From the NCBI GenBank assembly GCA_053919585.1, contig CM132802.1: DNA of 64,000 nt. The stretch is one strand, 5' to 3'. The DNA is from Euprymna scolopes. Taxonomy: Eukaryota. Below, in pieces: positions 52,880 through 64,000 of this stretch (its first letter is position 1; every line of letters begins with the position of its first letter). The translations under genes and the position numbers were made by a program. Under the pieces are notes generated by a model, which saw nothing but the letters and a program-made list of their open reading frames with translations, ran no database searches and had not been told where the DNA came from.

Positions 52880-53252
52880 TTGATATAAACATGAATATCC
52901 ATAAAAGATCACACATATGTATGTATATATATATGTATATGCATATATATATATATTCATATATGTATGTACACATATGTATATTTATATAAAAAAAGGA
53001 AAATGGCTGCCTTAAACCACTAACCTAGTTCTAAAACAGATCCTTTGTTCGATAAAATGCATGACCATTGGCTGATAGGAAGGGGCGCGGTGGATACTTG
53101 AAGGCTGATTGGCTAACTAAAATCCTCAAAAGAAGAGGACCATATAAAAACGATAAACAACCACAGAATACGCGTATAAGCCTGACAAATCCTAGAGTGG
53201 ATGAAACGCCGAATATTCAGTGTAGCTTAATCGCCATATATATCTTATAAAT

Positions 53253-53257
<5 letters not shown>
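52880..53257 (+). mobile_element. Solo PLE 3'UTR/pLTR fragment
   Basis: Reverse-complement match to 40540-40925; ends ATTACTA followed by (TA)n. Confidence 0.9.
53177..53229 (+). ncRNA. Hammerhead ribozyme copy with a core mutation (CUGACAA; G8 to A)
   Basis: All stems intact, but the catalytic G8 is substituted. Confidence 0.8.
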
Positions 53258-53308
<51 letters not shown>

Positions 53309-55061
53309 CTCGCCAAACATGTAGCGAATGTTCCAGTACAATACGAAAGTCGATATTTTTTTTATTTTATGATTTTCACATTTAATTCCTAAGATAAAAA
53401 ATAATTTCAAAATAAAATGAGATTTGTTCGGAGGGGGGGGGGGAAACGCAAATTCTCGATCAATTTACAAACACTATAATTTCATTTAATTTACCGTGAA
53501 ATTTTTACGTTTTATATAGATTAGGTCTTAGAAAAAGTCAGTAAAATGGTAAAGTTAGTGTTATTAATGTACAATGTGTAGATTTTGTCAATAAAAGAGT
53601 TTCGTATATAGTTATTCTGTTTTACAAAATATCAAGTCCTCAACCAAATTATTTTTTCTTCGAAATCCTTGAAGGGCATTAACATGTATCCATGCAAATG
53701 AGGAAACAATCACTAAACGGATCACAGTTTGATAGTAGTATTAAAACAATTACTAAACCATTAACTTTGTGCTCAAAATGAGATTATTAGTCCTAATAAT
53801 GTAAAAACTCTAACTAATACTTATTTCACATTGTTTCAAAAACAGACATTAGAAGTGTGTTTTTCCTTTTTTAATTACTATTGATTTTTTTATTTTTTAT
53901 TTTATTGAACATCTTTCTAGACATAAGGTAAGCCTGCGATGAAGAGAGGTATTTGAAGAGTAAGAAAGACGAAGAGAGAAAGCTTACGTGTATGTACAGT
54001 CAGACAAAGGAAGGAATACATGAGAAAATAGGGGAAATATGTGGTACACATTTTAATTATTGCTTTTAGTAATAACTATTTTATGAGAACGCCGCCTATC
54101 GTTGATAGCAATGCATACATGGGCAATATCCACAACGAAGACCAGAGAACATATCGCCGGAAAGATAGCAGCAATTAAATTAGTCCTGATCGAAAGAAGG
54201 TAAATTATGGAACATATCTTTGCCGTCAACCATCACACAAAAAAATAAATCAGAAATATTTCGTATAGTGTCTGTGCACATCAATTGCACTAAAATCTTC
54301 CTATACTCGCACATACGTTTATCTGCAGGACACCTGCTAAACTAATCACCACCAAGTTATTGGGCTAGCCTGACAATCTGAACTGTTATCGTTGCTTTGA
54401 AACTCACTAAGTTTATGGATATGCAATCGTTAGATTGTTTCAGTAATACATGATACTATTTCAGAAATCTAACTCGAGACAATATTCATCTTCTGATATT
54501 AGGTTTGGCACGAAACCATACAACTGCGACCGAAATAAATTTAATAACATTTATGAATAAAAGTCTATGTAATTTCATATTCTCTAATATGCTATCTTTC
54601 CGTTTGGATGATATATTATATTGCAATAGATTGATATTGCAACTAATACAGAGGAAACAAATTTCGAAATAAAAGTAGTCAGTGTCGATTCATACCAGCA
54701 TTTCCGGACACTTGAGAGGTTTAAATTTTGCATGATATAACCAATGGCCGGTATGAACAAGTGTGGTTTTATATTCTGCAATTCCATTTCATTTTATCTT
54801 TAACAGTATAGAAGCAATCGTTCAATAGTGTAAATTACCTCTTCTTGTCAATACAGAGGGGTCTACCTACAATACTTTAGTATTTTAGGGCGCGCGTATA
54901 TAGCTTTAGTTACTTTAATAAAGCTGTTTTTGTTGTCAGCTAATATACAAGCTATCTCAAAATGTATATAGACGTCCTAAGATTCTAAATCGTGTAACAT
55001 TATTGTCTCATTCTGTTCAACCCATTCGACCTAAGTGCAAAAGTTGATATAATTATGCCAA

Positions 55062-55117
<56 letters not shown>

Positions 55118-55491
55118 AGGCTGGTTAAATACGACAGAATTTTCTTTTTTCTTTATTTTTCAGTAGATTTCCTCGATGGTTCGAACAATTCTTACCTACA
55201 GTTGGTTATGTCGATAACGACTTGTTAGCAGAATATAGGTATACCTAACATCTAAAGAGGTAAAAGAAAATATCACTCACAAAATTAGTAAAATATTATT
55301 TTAAATGTATTTAAACTCCATGCGGGACTCCTAAGATTAGACAGACCAGTCAGGTCTAAAAGTTTGTGTTGGAGTTTATTTCTTTCTTTTACATTTATGT
55401 ATACCTCGGTCTGCATTGAGCGCTCATACATGAGATTTCCTACAGCAATTACGTCATGATTTTAACCATACATTTCGCACAAACACACTAC

Positions 55492-55554
<63 letters not shown>

Positions 55555-55883
55555 TAAAGTTAGCAAAAGAAAAGGGCGAAAAACCTAGATCAAATGAACA
55601 GAAGTCTTACCGCGTGTGTGTCGGGCGAAGGTTGGGCGAAAGAGAGAGAAATCAAGATGGCGGCCATATGTTTAAAAGGTGTGCGATGGCGGAAGTCACG
55701 GAAAATCACGTGAAATCACGCGGGAAGAATGTATAAATGGAGTTGACAGGTTAGATCAGGGAGAGAGGCAGACGTTGTCTGGTGCCAGTAGTGATATCAA
55801 ACTTGGCGGTTGTTTGGATTGAAAAGACGTTTTTTTTTGTATTTTGCTGTACTAAACTAGAAACACTTCAAGCTATTTCGGCG

Positions 55884-56611
55884 ATGGCTACCGGCTTGAA
55901 CAACATGATAAAGCCGTTCAATGGCGAAGGCGATGTGATGGCTTAGTTAAAGAAAGTCGACCCAGTGGCAAAGCTCCAAAACATTGGCGACGTTGCCATA
56001 GTGATACCGTTGTTCCTGGAGGGTCACGCGCTGGCCCTATATTTGGAGCTAAGTTCCCGTGAACAGTGGTACGCTGAGACGATCATAGCCAGATTGATCC
56101 AGGCGTTTGCGGAAGGTCATTTGAGGCGTACAAAAAATTAAAAGAGAAGAGGTGGACAGGAGAATCCGTCGATGTTTATGCAAATGAAGTCAAACGATTG
56201 GTGGAACTTGCAGGAATTCGGAGACAGGTTGCGAATCATGTAGCAAAGATTGCATTCGTTACCGGGTTCCCGGAGCAGATTTCGAAGGGGCTGCAGCAGG
56301 TCCCAGGTATCGAGACGTTGGAAGTGAGTGATCTGCTTCCAACTGCAAGAATATCAGTAAACACCCAACCCTCTGGAGCCGTAGGAACGGTGGCAACAGC
56401 ACGGAAGGATAGGAGCAAAAGCTACCCGAGACCGCGAGGTGCATGTTTTGAATGTGGGGGCCCACACCCGCGGAAAGACTGCAGGAAGTTCTTGGAGAGG
56501 ACTGTGTGCTACAGGTGTAATCAGAGTGGTCACATGGCAGTTAACTGCAAGAGTCTGAGAAACTGTCAAGGGGGAGTCAAAGCGCCAGCAGCTGCCCCGA
56601 CTTGGGAATAA
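55884..56611 (+). pseudogene. gag with two CCHC zinc knuckles
   Basis: MATGLNNMIKPFNGEGDV...; CFECGGPHPRKDC and CYRCNQSGHMAVNC; one stop and a frameshift. Confidence 0.85.
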
Positions 56612-56619
56612 TGGCGAAC

Positions 56620-59200
56620 TCGCAGCAGATATCCAAGCGTTAAATTGTGGTGGAAGAACAAGAAGCTGTTGCCTTGATCGATACTGGCTGTACCACTACC
56701 ATGGTGCATACTAGCCTTGTCAGAGGATGAAAAGGGAAGGGCGAATAGTGGCATTCGATGGGTCACGAGTGAAATGTCGATGGAGGAGGACTGTCACAAT
56801 TGAAATCGAGGATCACCGGATGAGAGTCCATGCGGTTGTCACTGATCGCCTTGTGCCTGGCGTCCAAGCGATTGTCGGAATGGATGTAATATGCCGACTT
56901 AGAGGTGTCACAGTTGGCAGGAATGGCGTGAGGTTCGGACCATCCGGATGCGCAGTAACAGAGCAGGTCAATGAAGGAATCAAACAGGTTCGAGAAAAGA
57001 AATGGATATCAATCAGTGATCCGGATTGTAAAGCGGAATTCGATGGGAATCAGTGGACAGTGTAGGAGCATGGAAGAATGAACCGCCTACGTTAACAAAC
57101 AGGGTGGCGTGTTACGATAACTCGGTCAAAGGAGGAGCAAGAAAAGATTTTGAACGAGAAGTGGACAGATGGATCGAGGAGGGAATACTGTTGCCGTGGA
57201 CGAATGACGTCGAATCGGACATCTTGCCATTAATGGCCGTTCTGCAACCAACAAAAGGAAAGGTCATACCAGTACTTGATTTCCGAGAATTGAACAGGCA
57301 CGTCGAGTGCCATACTGGGGGTTATGCTGTAGATATTTGCAATGAGACCATCAGAGAATGGAGGGAAATGAATGGCGCCTCCAAGTTGGTCGATCTAAAA
57401 TCTGCCTATTTGCAACTCCGTGTTGCCAAGAAACTCTGGAAATACCAGTTGGTCAGATATAAAGGCAGAAACTACTGCCTTACTAGCGTGGGATTCGGGC
57501 TGAACTCGGCACCCAAGATCATGTCGACTATTCTAAGGAAGATTCTAGAAAAAATGGGGAAGGAAGATGGCGCTATGAACTCATATATCGACGACATCCT
57601 CGTGAATGAAACTCTTGTGACTGTAGGGGAGGTCTGGTTCACTTAAAGAAGTTCGGGTTGGTTGCCAAGGCACCAGAAGAATTGGATAAGGGAGCGGATT
57701 TGGGACTAAAGTTGAAACGAAACGCGTCGGGAGGCCTGGAATTTCGAAGGGGAAACAAGATCCCAGAAATGAAAGAAGAGCTCAAAAGAGGGAACTTTTT
57801 TCGATGTGCGGAAAGCTGATTGGGCATTACCCCATTGCCGGCTGGCTTAGGCCAGCATGCAGCTACATCAAGAGGCATACCTAAAGGTAAAAGATGGGAT
57901 GATAGAGTGGAAGGAAGAACGACCGCCTTGATTGAAGAAGTCCTAAAAGATGTGGAAAAGCAAGACCCAGTTCGTGGAACATGGAACGTGTCACGAACAC
58001 TGGATGTGGTCGTGTGGTGTGATACAAGCAGTATTGCAACAGGGGTTGTCTTGGAAGTGGGTGGAGTGGTTGTAGAAGATACGGCCTGGCTACGGAAGAA
58101 GGAGGATGCTAACCACATTAATGTAGCAGAATTGGATGCAGTTACCAAAGGAGTTAATCTGGCGTTAAAATGGGGACTACGCAACATTTGTGTGAAAACA
58201 AACACTGCCACTGTGGTTGCTTGGATGAAATCGATGATTTCACATGACAAAAGGATAAGAACGAAAGAGGCAGCAGAGATGCTAGTGAAGCGCAGGCTCG
58301 GGATGCTGGCTGAGCTGATGCAGGAGTTTTCTTTGAAGCTGATCGTAATCATGGTTGCACCCGAGAATAATAAAATGCATGCTCTCACAACAGTGAGAAA
58401 CAGCTGGCTTGTGCCAACAAAAGAGCATATTGCTGCAGTGACTCATCTGGATAGCTCTGGGGTGCGAGAGTTACACAATCTGCACCATATGGGGATAGAG
58501 AGGACATTGTACCTGATGAGGAAAGTTGATCCGAGTGTCCCAAAGGAACAAGTGGAACAAGTGGTCACGACTTGTGACAAGTGTCAGTCAATTGACCCTG
58601 CTCCAAGGGCGCATGAAGCTGGAGAATTAGGCGTAACTGGGACCTGGGAAAGACTCGCAGTTGATATCACCCATTAAAGACGTGGAGTTTATATGACGAT
58701 GGTCGACTGTGGCCGCGGGCGTTTGGCCCTATGGAAAAGGCTGCGAGGTGAAACAGGCAGTGAAATAGCAGTAGTCCTTGACCTGGTGTTTCTGGTGCGC
58801 GGTCCAGTGGAAAAGCTTCTAACCGACAACGGTACTGCTTTTAGACCGGCAGCAGTTGCGGATATGCTAAAAATGGAATATCCATCAATTCTTTAGAGCT
58901 GCCTATAGACCCAGTGGCAACGGGATTGTAGAAAGAAACCACCGGACAATAAAGGCAGTGGCAGAGAGGGGGAACACCTCGCCTGAGCAAGCGGTCTATT
59001 GGTACCACATGTCACCTAGATCGGGGAAACAGTAAAGGGACAGTTGCACACCTGTCAATATTCAAATACTCCTGGAGGCATACTAGGGGTAAGCCGGCAA
59101 GCAGTGAGACGGAGACAACAGAGACCGTCAAACTCGGTGACGAAGTATGGGTGAAACCTCAAGGATGACGATGTACCACACAGTGGAGCAGAGGACGTGT
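56620..59200 (+). pseudogene. pol (protease, RT, RNase H, integrase), frameshifted
   Basis: ALIDTGC, VLDFRELN, VDLKSAYLQ, FGLNSAP, YIDD, WCDTS/INVAELDA, HH..CDKC, AVDITH, LTDNG. Confidence 0.88.
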
Positions 59201-61139
59201 TTGTCGGGCGAAGGTTGGGCGAACGAGAGAGAAATCAAGATGGCGCCCACAGGTTTAAAAGGTGTGCGATGGCGGAAGTCACGGAAAATCACGTGAAATC
59301 ACGCAGGAAGAATGTATATATGGAGTTGATAGGTTAGATCATTGAGAGAGACAGACGAAGTCTGGTGCCAGTAGTGATATAAAACTCGGCGGTTGTTTGG
59401 ATTGAAAAGACGATTTTTTTTTTGTATTTTANNNNNNNNNNNNNNNNNNNNNNNNNNNNNNNNNNNNNNNNNNNNNNNNNNNNNNNNNNNNNNNNNNNNN
59501 NNNNNNNNNNNNNNNNNNNNNNNNNNNNNNNNNNNNNNNNNNNNNNNNNNNNNNNNNNNNNNNNNNNNNNNNNNNTATGTGCATTAAAATATACTGAATG
59601 AAACCTTAGGCGCTTTTTCATGCTCACATNNNNNNNNNNNNNNNNNNNNNNNNNNNNNNNNNNNNNNNNNNNNNNNNNNNNNNNNNNNNNNNNNNNNNNN
59701 NNNNNNNNNNNNNNNNNNNNNNNNNNNNNNNNNNNNNNNNNNNNNNNNNNNNNNNNNNNNNNNNNNNNNNNNNNNNNNNNTTCCTACAGACACTAGTATT
59801 TTATGTTTTCACAATCAGCAGTGCAGAAATTGACGATCGCTACTAGTTATTCGAACCGTGCTACGACGCCACATTTGAAGCTATTTGCAGAGAACGTTTC
59901 ATCACGTCCAGCAACAACTGCAACGAGAATAAAGGGAAATGAAATAACTATAAACGTTAATGCATCAATATTGATGAACAATCAGAAATTATTATCTGAT
60001 GCAATACTAGTTCACTGCCTTTAATCCACAGACAATGCTCAACTTTAAGATTTTTTTATTACATTAGCTAAATAATTATAGATAATTAATTTTATACCTA
60101 GTAATACCAGTGAGTCAATAATCCTTTCTTAAAATATACTAGAAAAAAAAATTTAAAAAAAGCTGAGGCCAAGGAAAATACAAAAACACGAACACTTACA
60201 TAACTAATAATACAAGGAATAAAAATAAGCTCCAAAGAGGAAAATCGTGTTCTTCCTTATTATTATACGATCTCTTTCATAGGAACATAGCCACGAAAAA
60301 TGTATTTCTTAAATGCAACGTTGAAAACTAGCGCCAAGTTAATAAATAGGATAATAAGAAAATTATAAAAGTATTTAATTAAATAAATATATACCGGAAT
60401 TAAAAGATTAAAGACATTAAACAGATCAAAGTAAAAAAAAAAATCTACGTAAAATCAAGCCAAGTTTTTAATGCTAAAATATAATTAATGATTTAGCAAA
60501 GAAGGTACGCTTGACTTTCTTCAGTATGAAAAGCTGTCGATAAACTAATAAAATGCATAACTCTAGAAATGCATAATTTAAAAGATGGGATTGTTATAAA
60601 AGAAGGAAAAGGATAAATTGATACACCTACTTGATAGAACTCACTATGTCTGCCTGTTTGCCTCTATTTTTAAAAGTGAACCCCCTCCGAAATGCTAAGT
60701 CATAGAGCCGTACTAGACGGCTCAATTAATATCATTTTTGTGGACCGTTCTTTTCTACATTTTTAGCCGGTAGATAAAGGCTGATAACAGTGTAACATTT
60801 CAAAGAGAAAACTTGGCAGGCGAAAATCGACAAAACATGTTATTTGTGTGCATGCGCGAATATATACATTTATCAGTTAAAGTGGGTTCATTTTAAACTA
60901 TATCTAATACATCTGATGATGGCTTAAACCGTAACAACTGAGGCTAGAGGGCCATATAATTTTAGTAGATAACAGCAAAGACAACTTTTTTAACTATAGA
61001 GATCAATACTGTATTGAAAAATATAATAAATAATAATCGATAGAAAATTGACTTTATAAAACAAAATAAAGAATCTGCATAAATGAAAATATCATATTAA
61101 GAGTAATCTATGACTGGGCAGCACCGGGCGATCAATTAA

Positions 61140-61170
61140 TCTATAATATAAATCTAACCTGTCTGTTTTA

Positions 61171-61203
<33 letters not shown>

Positions 61204-61353
61204 TGTACGAATTTTTACGTTTTTATTGGCTTCTTTTTTTTCACGTTCTTTTCCTCCTTCGCGGTACAGGTTCGAGCCTGTCCGCCTACTAACATTTTTT
61301 TTTGCTCAACGCACACCTCAAAACACCCGGGCAACGTCGGGAACCCAGGCTAG
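61140..61353 (+). mobile_element. 214-bp non-autonomous Helitron
   Basis: A|TC start, internal (TATG)n, subterminal hairpin CCCGGGCAACGTCGGG, CTAG|T end. Confidence 0.75.
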
Positions 61354-61533
61354 TATTTTATAAATACAGAAAGGTATGAAACGTACCACCTATAGTATAA
61401 AGATTTACATTTAATTGTAAATTAAAATGTCATAAAAAATCACTGTTTGATGTGTTCTGTCGAGATATCTCATCATAGTGCATTAGTCTGAAAAATATGA
61501 CTATTAGTAGTAAATGCACACACACACACAAGG

Positions 61534-61582
<49 letters not shown>

Positions 61583-61583
<1 letters not shown>

Positions 61584-62060
61584 TAGCAGAACCCATGTAT
61601 GAGCGTTGCCCTATAAAAATCTGACCTAAAGCCAGACCCCATTCCTTTAATAAAAAATAATACATATGATTGTTTAGAGTTTTATCGTATGTTAGTTACG
61701 TAAATTACTGACTGTGGATAAACACTTTAAAAATGAGAGATGGCGGCGGTTGATTATGGTAGCCACTGAAAAAAACTGTTGTGCACTTGCAGCAGTTTTC
61801 AAAATAAAACATCTGGATTCTACTGTTGTGCATTGCCTAGCAGTGGCCGCTAGTGGAATCCACTAGCGGTAATTTTTGGCACTGGTTATTGGCGAGTAGT
61901 GTTGTTTGAAAGCGGCTGTTTGCATTTACAACACCTACTGTCGGTACATGGCACTATTAGTTATTGCTATATTGATGTGGTTATTTGTGGAGACGAGATG
62001 TCTTTACTCTTTGTCACTGTCATCAAGAGTCAGAGAATGGTAGCCATGGTGTAAATGTTA
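61583..62060 (-). mobile_element. Helitron-like end plus degenerate interior, same family as 33038
   Basis: A|CTAGCAGAACCCATGTATGAGCGTTGCC...AAAGCCAGA. Confidence 0.5.
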
Positions 62061-62384
62061 CATCGCAACAGATATTTTGTACGTATGCATAATACGAGCC
62101 CTGCTATATTTTATATACAATGTTCAAGTAAATTCTAAGAGTATACAGTTAGGATTGTTTTTAGAATTGCTAGGTGCCTCCTCTGGTAGCAGTGTGTCAA
62201 TAAATAACAACGTTATTTTTAATAATGGTCCGTAATATGCATAAGTACGCATATATTAAAAGGTTTTTATGACATATACTTTCGCAGATTAAGTGGAAAT
62301 AGACATATCTTCAAGAATAGAATCAGTTTTAGTGCAGGATTAAATAATACCCCCCCATATATTTGTTACGCCGAAATAGCGAGC

Positions 62385-63030
62385 TGTCGCCAAATATAAA
62401 GTTGAAATAACGTCGACAATTAAAAGCATCTTGAAATGAAAAATAAAGAAAAAACAGATAAACTGTATTAGAACATGCTTCAAGATGCGGAAAAGAATTT
62501 TATTTATTTATTTTTTTCTAATTATTTTTGCTTTAAAATACCTAATTCTTTATTTTTGTCGTTTACCTCGAGTGTAAGAGTAAACATTTACCGTCATGTT
62601 GTGTTATCCAGGTCGCAGTAGCTAGTATTGCGCATAGAACTTTTTATTTATTTTTTTTTAAGTATAAAAATTAGTAGAATTTTCTTTTTGTTTCTAATTC
62701 ATTTTGAATATAAAAATACCTAATCAGAGAAAGAGTTATTAGTGATGTTGATCTTTTTTTTTCTCGGAAGTAAAAGTAAAGAGTCCATCCTCATTATGTG
62801 TATCGAGGTCCCGCTAGCTTGTATTGCACGTACAATTATTTGGTTTTATTTTTTATAATTATTAACCCTGAAAAGCGCACGATTACCAAATATGAAGTTG
62901 AAAAAGTGTCGACAAGTAAAATCCTCTTTAAATTGAAAAATATAGAATAAATATATAAAATACTTTAGAACACACTTCTAAATGCGACAAAATAACTTTC
63001 CTTTCTTTTTTTTCTAATTAATTTCGAATT
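62385..63030. repeat. Diverged internal direct repeats
   Basis: 62390-62530 similar to 62887-63030; 62515-62650 similar to 62692-62850. Confidence 0.6.
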
Positions 63031-63609
63031 TAAACATCTCCCACCATAGACATATTTTTAAATCTGAAATGAACTAGAAAAAAATTGTTCCCGTCCCTCG
63101 AAGCGTGTTTGAAAATAGTATATCTGTTTATTCTATATTTTTTCATTTCAAAATGCGTTTACAACTTCATATATATGTGACAGTGCGAAATGAATGCAGA
63201 ATGACGTCATCAGTAAGAGAAAAAACTGTAATAAGGAGAAAGAGGACTTTCACAGGCGAGACGTCAAGCACGGAACAAAATAACGATCGACCTCACCTAA
63301 GATGGTTAATGACGTTCCAGATCACGTTAGAGAACATGATAATCTTTGTGACTCCACGGCCGTAACAATGAGAAAATAAATGACGTTGTTACAAAGGAAA
63401 AGCGTGTTGAATTTTTTTTCTATTCTTGTCGAATTTGTGACTGACGCATACAATATGTGTTAGTTCCCGGACAACATTACACGCACGCACACACACCACA
63501 CACAACTACACACACATATGTATGCATTTATATAGAAGTATTTGCTTTAGTTTCTCAATATTTTAATTAAGTAAAAATTACAATACAAAATTATTTAAAG
63601 CAGTTGATA

Positions 63610-64000
63610 TTTTTTTACTTGGGGGTCACCACTTATCAAGGCCAGTATTCCACTCGAGGATAAGGGGAAATGAATGTAAAGTTTTACTGAAATAATCGTT
63701 AATGGTTTAAATTGTGTAGAATTAGATTATTTTTATATGACAACTTTACAACATTAAATTTGAAGGCTACCATGTTGTATTTAGCCGGGAAGCATACAAA
63801 CAGAACAGTGTTCCGAGAGCAGACAGTTTCAAAAAAGAAGGTTTGCTCATGGAGTCTGCGTTTGCATTAAGGCACAGATAGAGAGTGGGGAAAATCATAT
63901 ATCATCGTTTCAGTCGAGTTTTTTTTGTGAAAGTTTGGCAAGGGAGGACCAAAGATTGGAGTTTAGACGAGCACTTTGCATGAAAATAGCGATAGAGCAG
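63610..64000 (-). mobile_element. CR1/L2-group LINE, copy 4 (3' end, more diverged; continues beyond the window)
   Basis: ACTTATCAAGGCC...CCACTCGAGGATAAGGG 3'UTR and RT C-terminus homology (GGCACAGATA.AGAGTGGGG). Confidence 0.85.

Larger units (their letters stand above)
55619..59430 (+). mobile_element. Ty3/gypsy LTR retrotransposon with two LTRs and a disrupted gag-pol
   Basis: LTRs start TGTCGGGCGAAGGTTGGGCGAA at 55619 and 59202; domain order gag-PR-RT-RH-IN; 3' LTR runs into an N gap. Confidence 0.93.

Noticed and set aside
60913-60970. CTGATGA-TGG..CC-GTAAC hammerhead-like motif
   Set aside because: GAAA is replaced by GTAA and there is no convincing stem I or III; at best a dead relic

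Overview
AT-rich, repeat-dense eukaryotic (invertebrate animal) genomic DNA with many (TA)n/(CT)n microsatellites and N gaps. No intact host protein-coding exon is recognisable; most short ORFs in the track are microsatellite or antisense artefacts. The window is mostly transposons: a Tx1/L1-type RT fragment, four copies of one CR1/L2-group LINE (one with a 600-codon open RT frame), a full-length mariner, Tc1/maT relics, a MADE1-like MITE, a complete Chapaev3 element with TIRs and TAA TSD, an R4/R2-like endonuclease fragment, two Ty3/gypsy elements, Helitron ends and two Penelope-like element (PLE) families. The most interesting signal is non-coding: five copies of a type I hammerhead ribozyme (HHR) carried in the pseudo-LTR (pLTR) of a Naiad-type PLE, all next to (TA)n arrays. 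Two of these form a near-perfect 170-bp head-to-head palindrome that encodes a ribozyme on each strand. A sixth, unrelated hammerhead lies at about 34.35 kb. A probable bidirectional host promoter with divergent splice donors sits at about 50.35-50.74 kb. Boundaries were read by eye and are approximate unless TIRs or TSDs are quoted.
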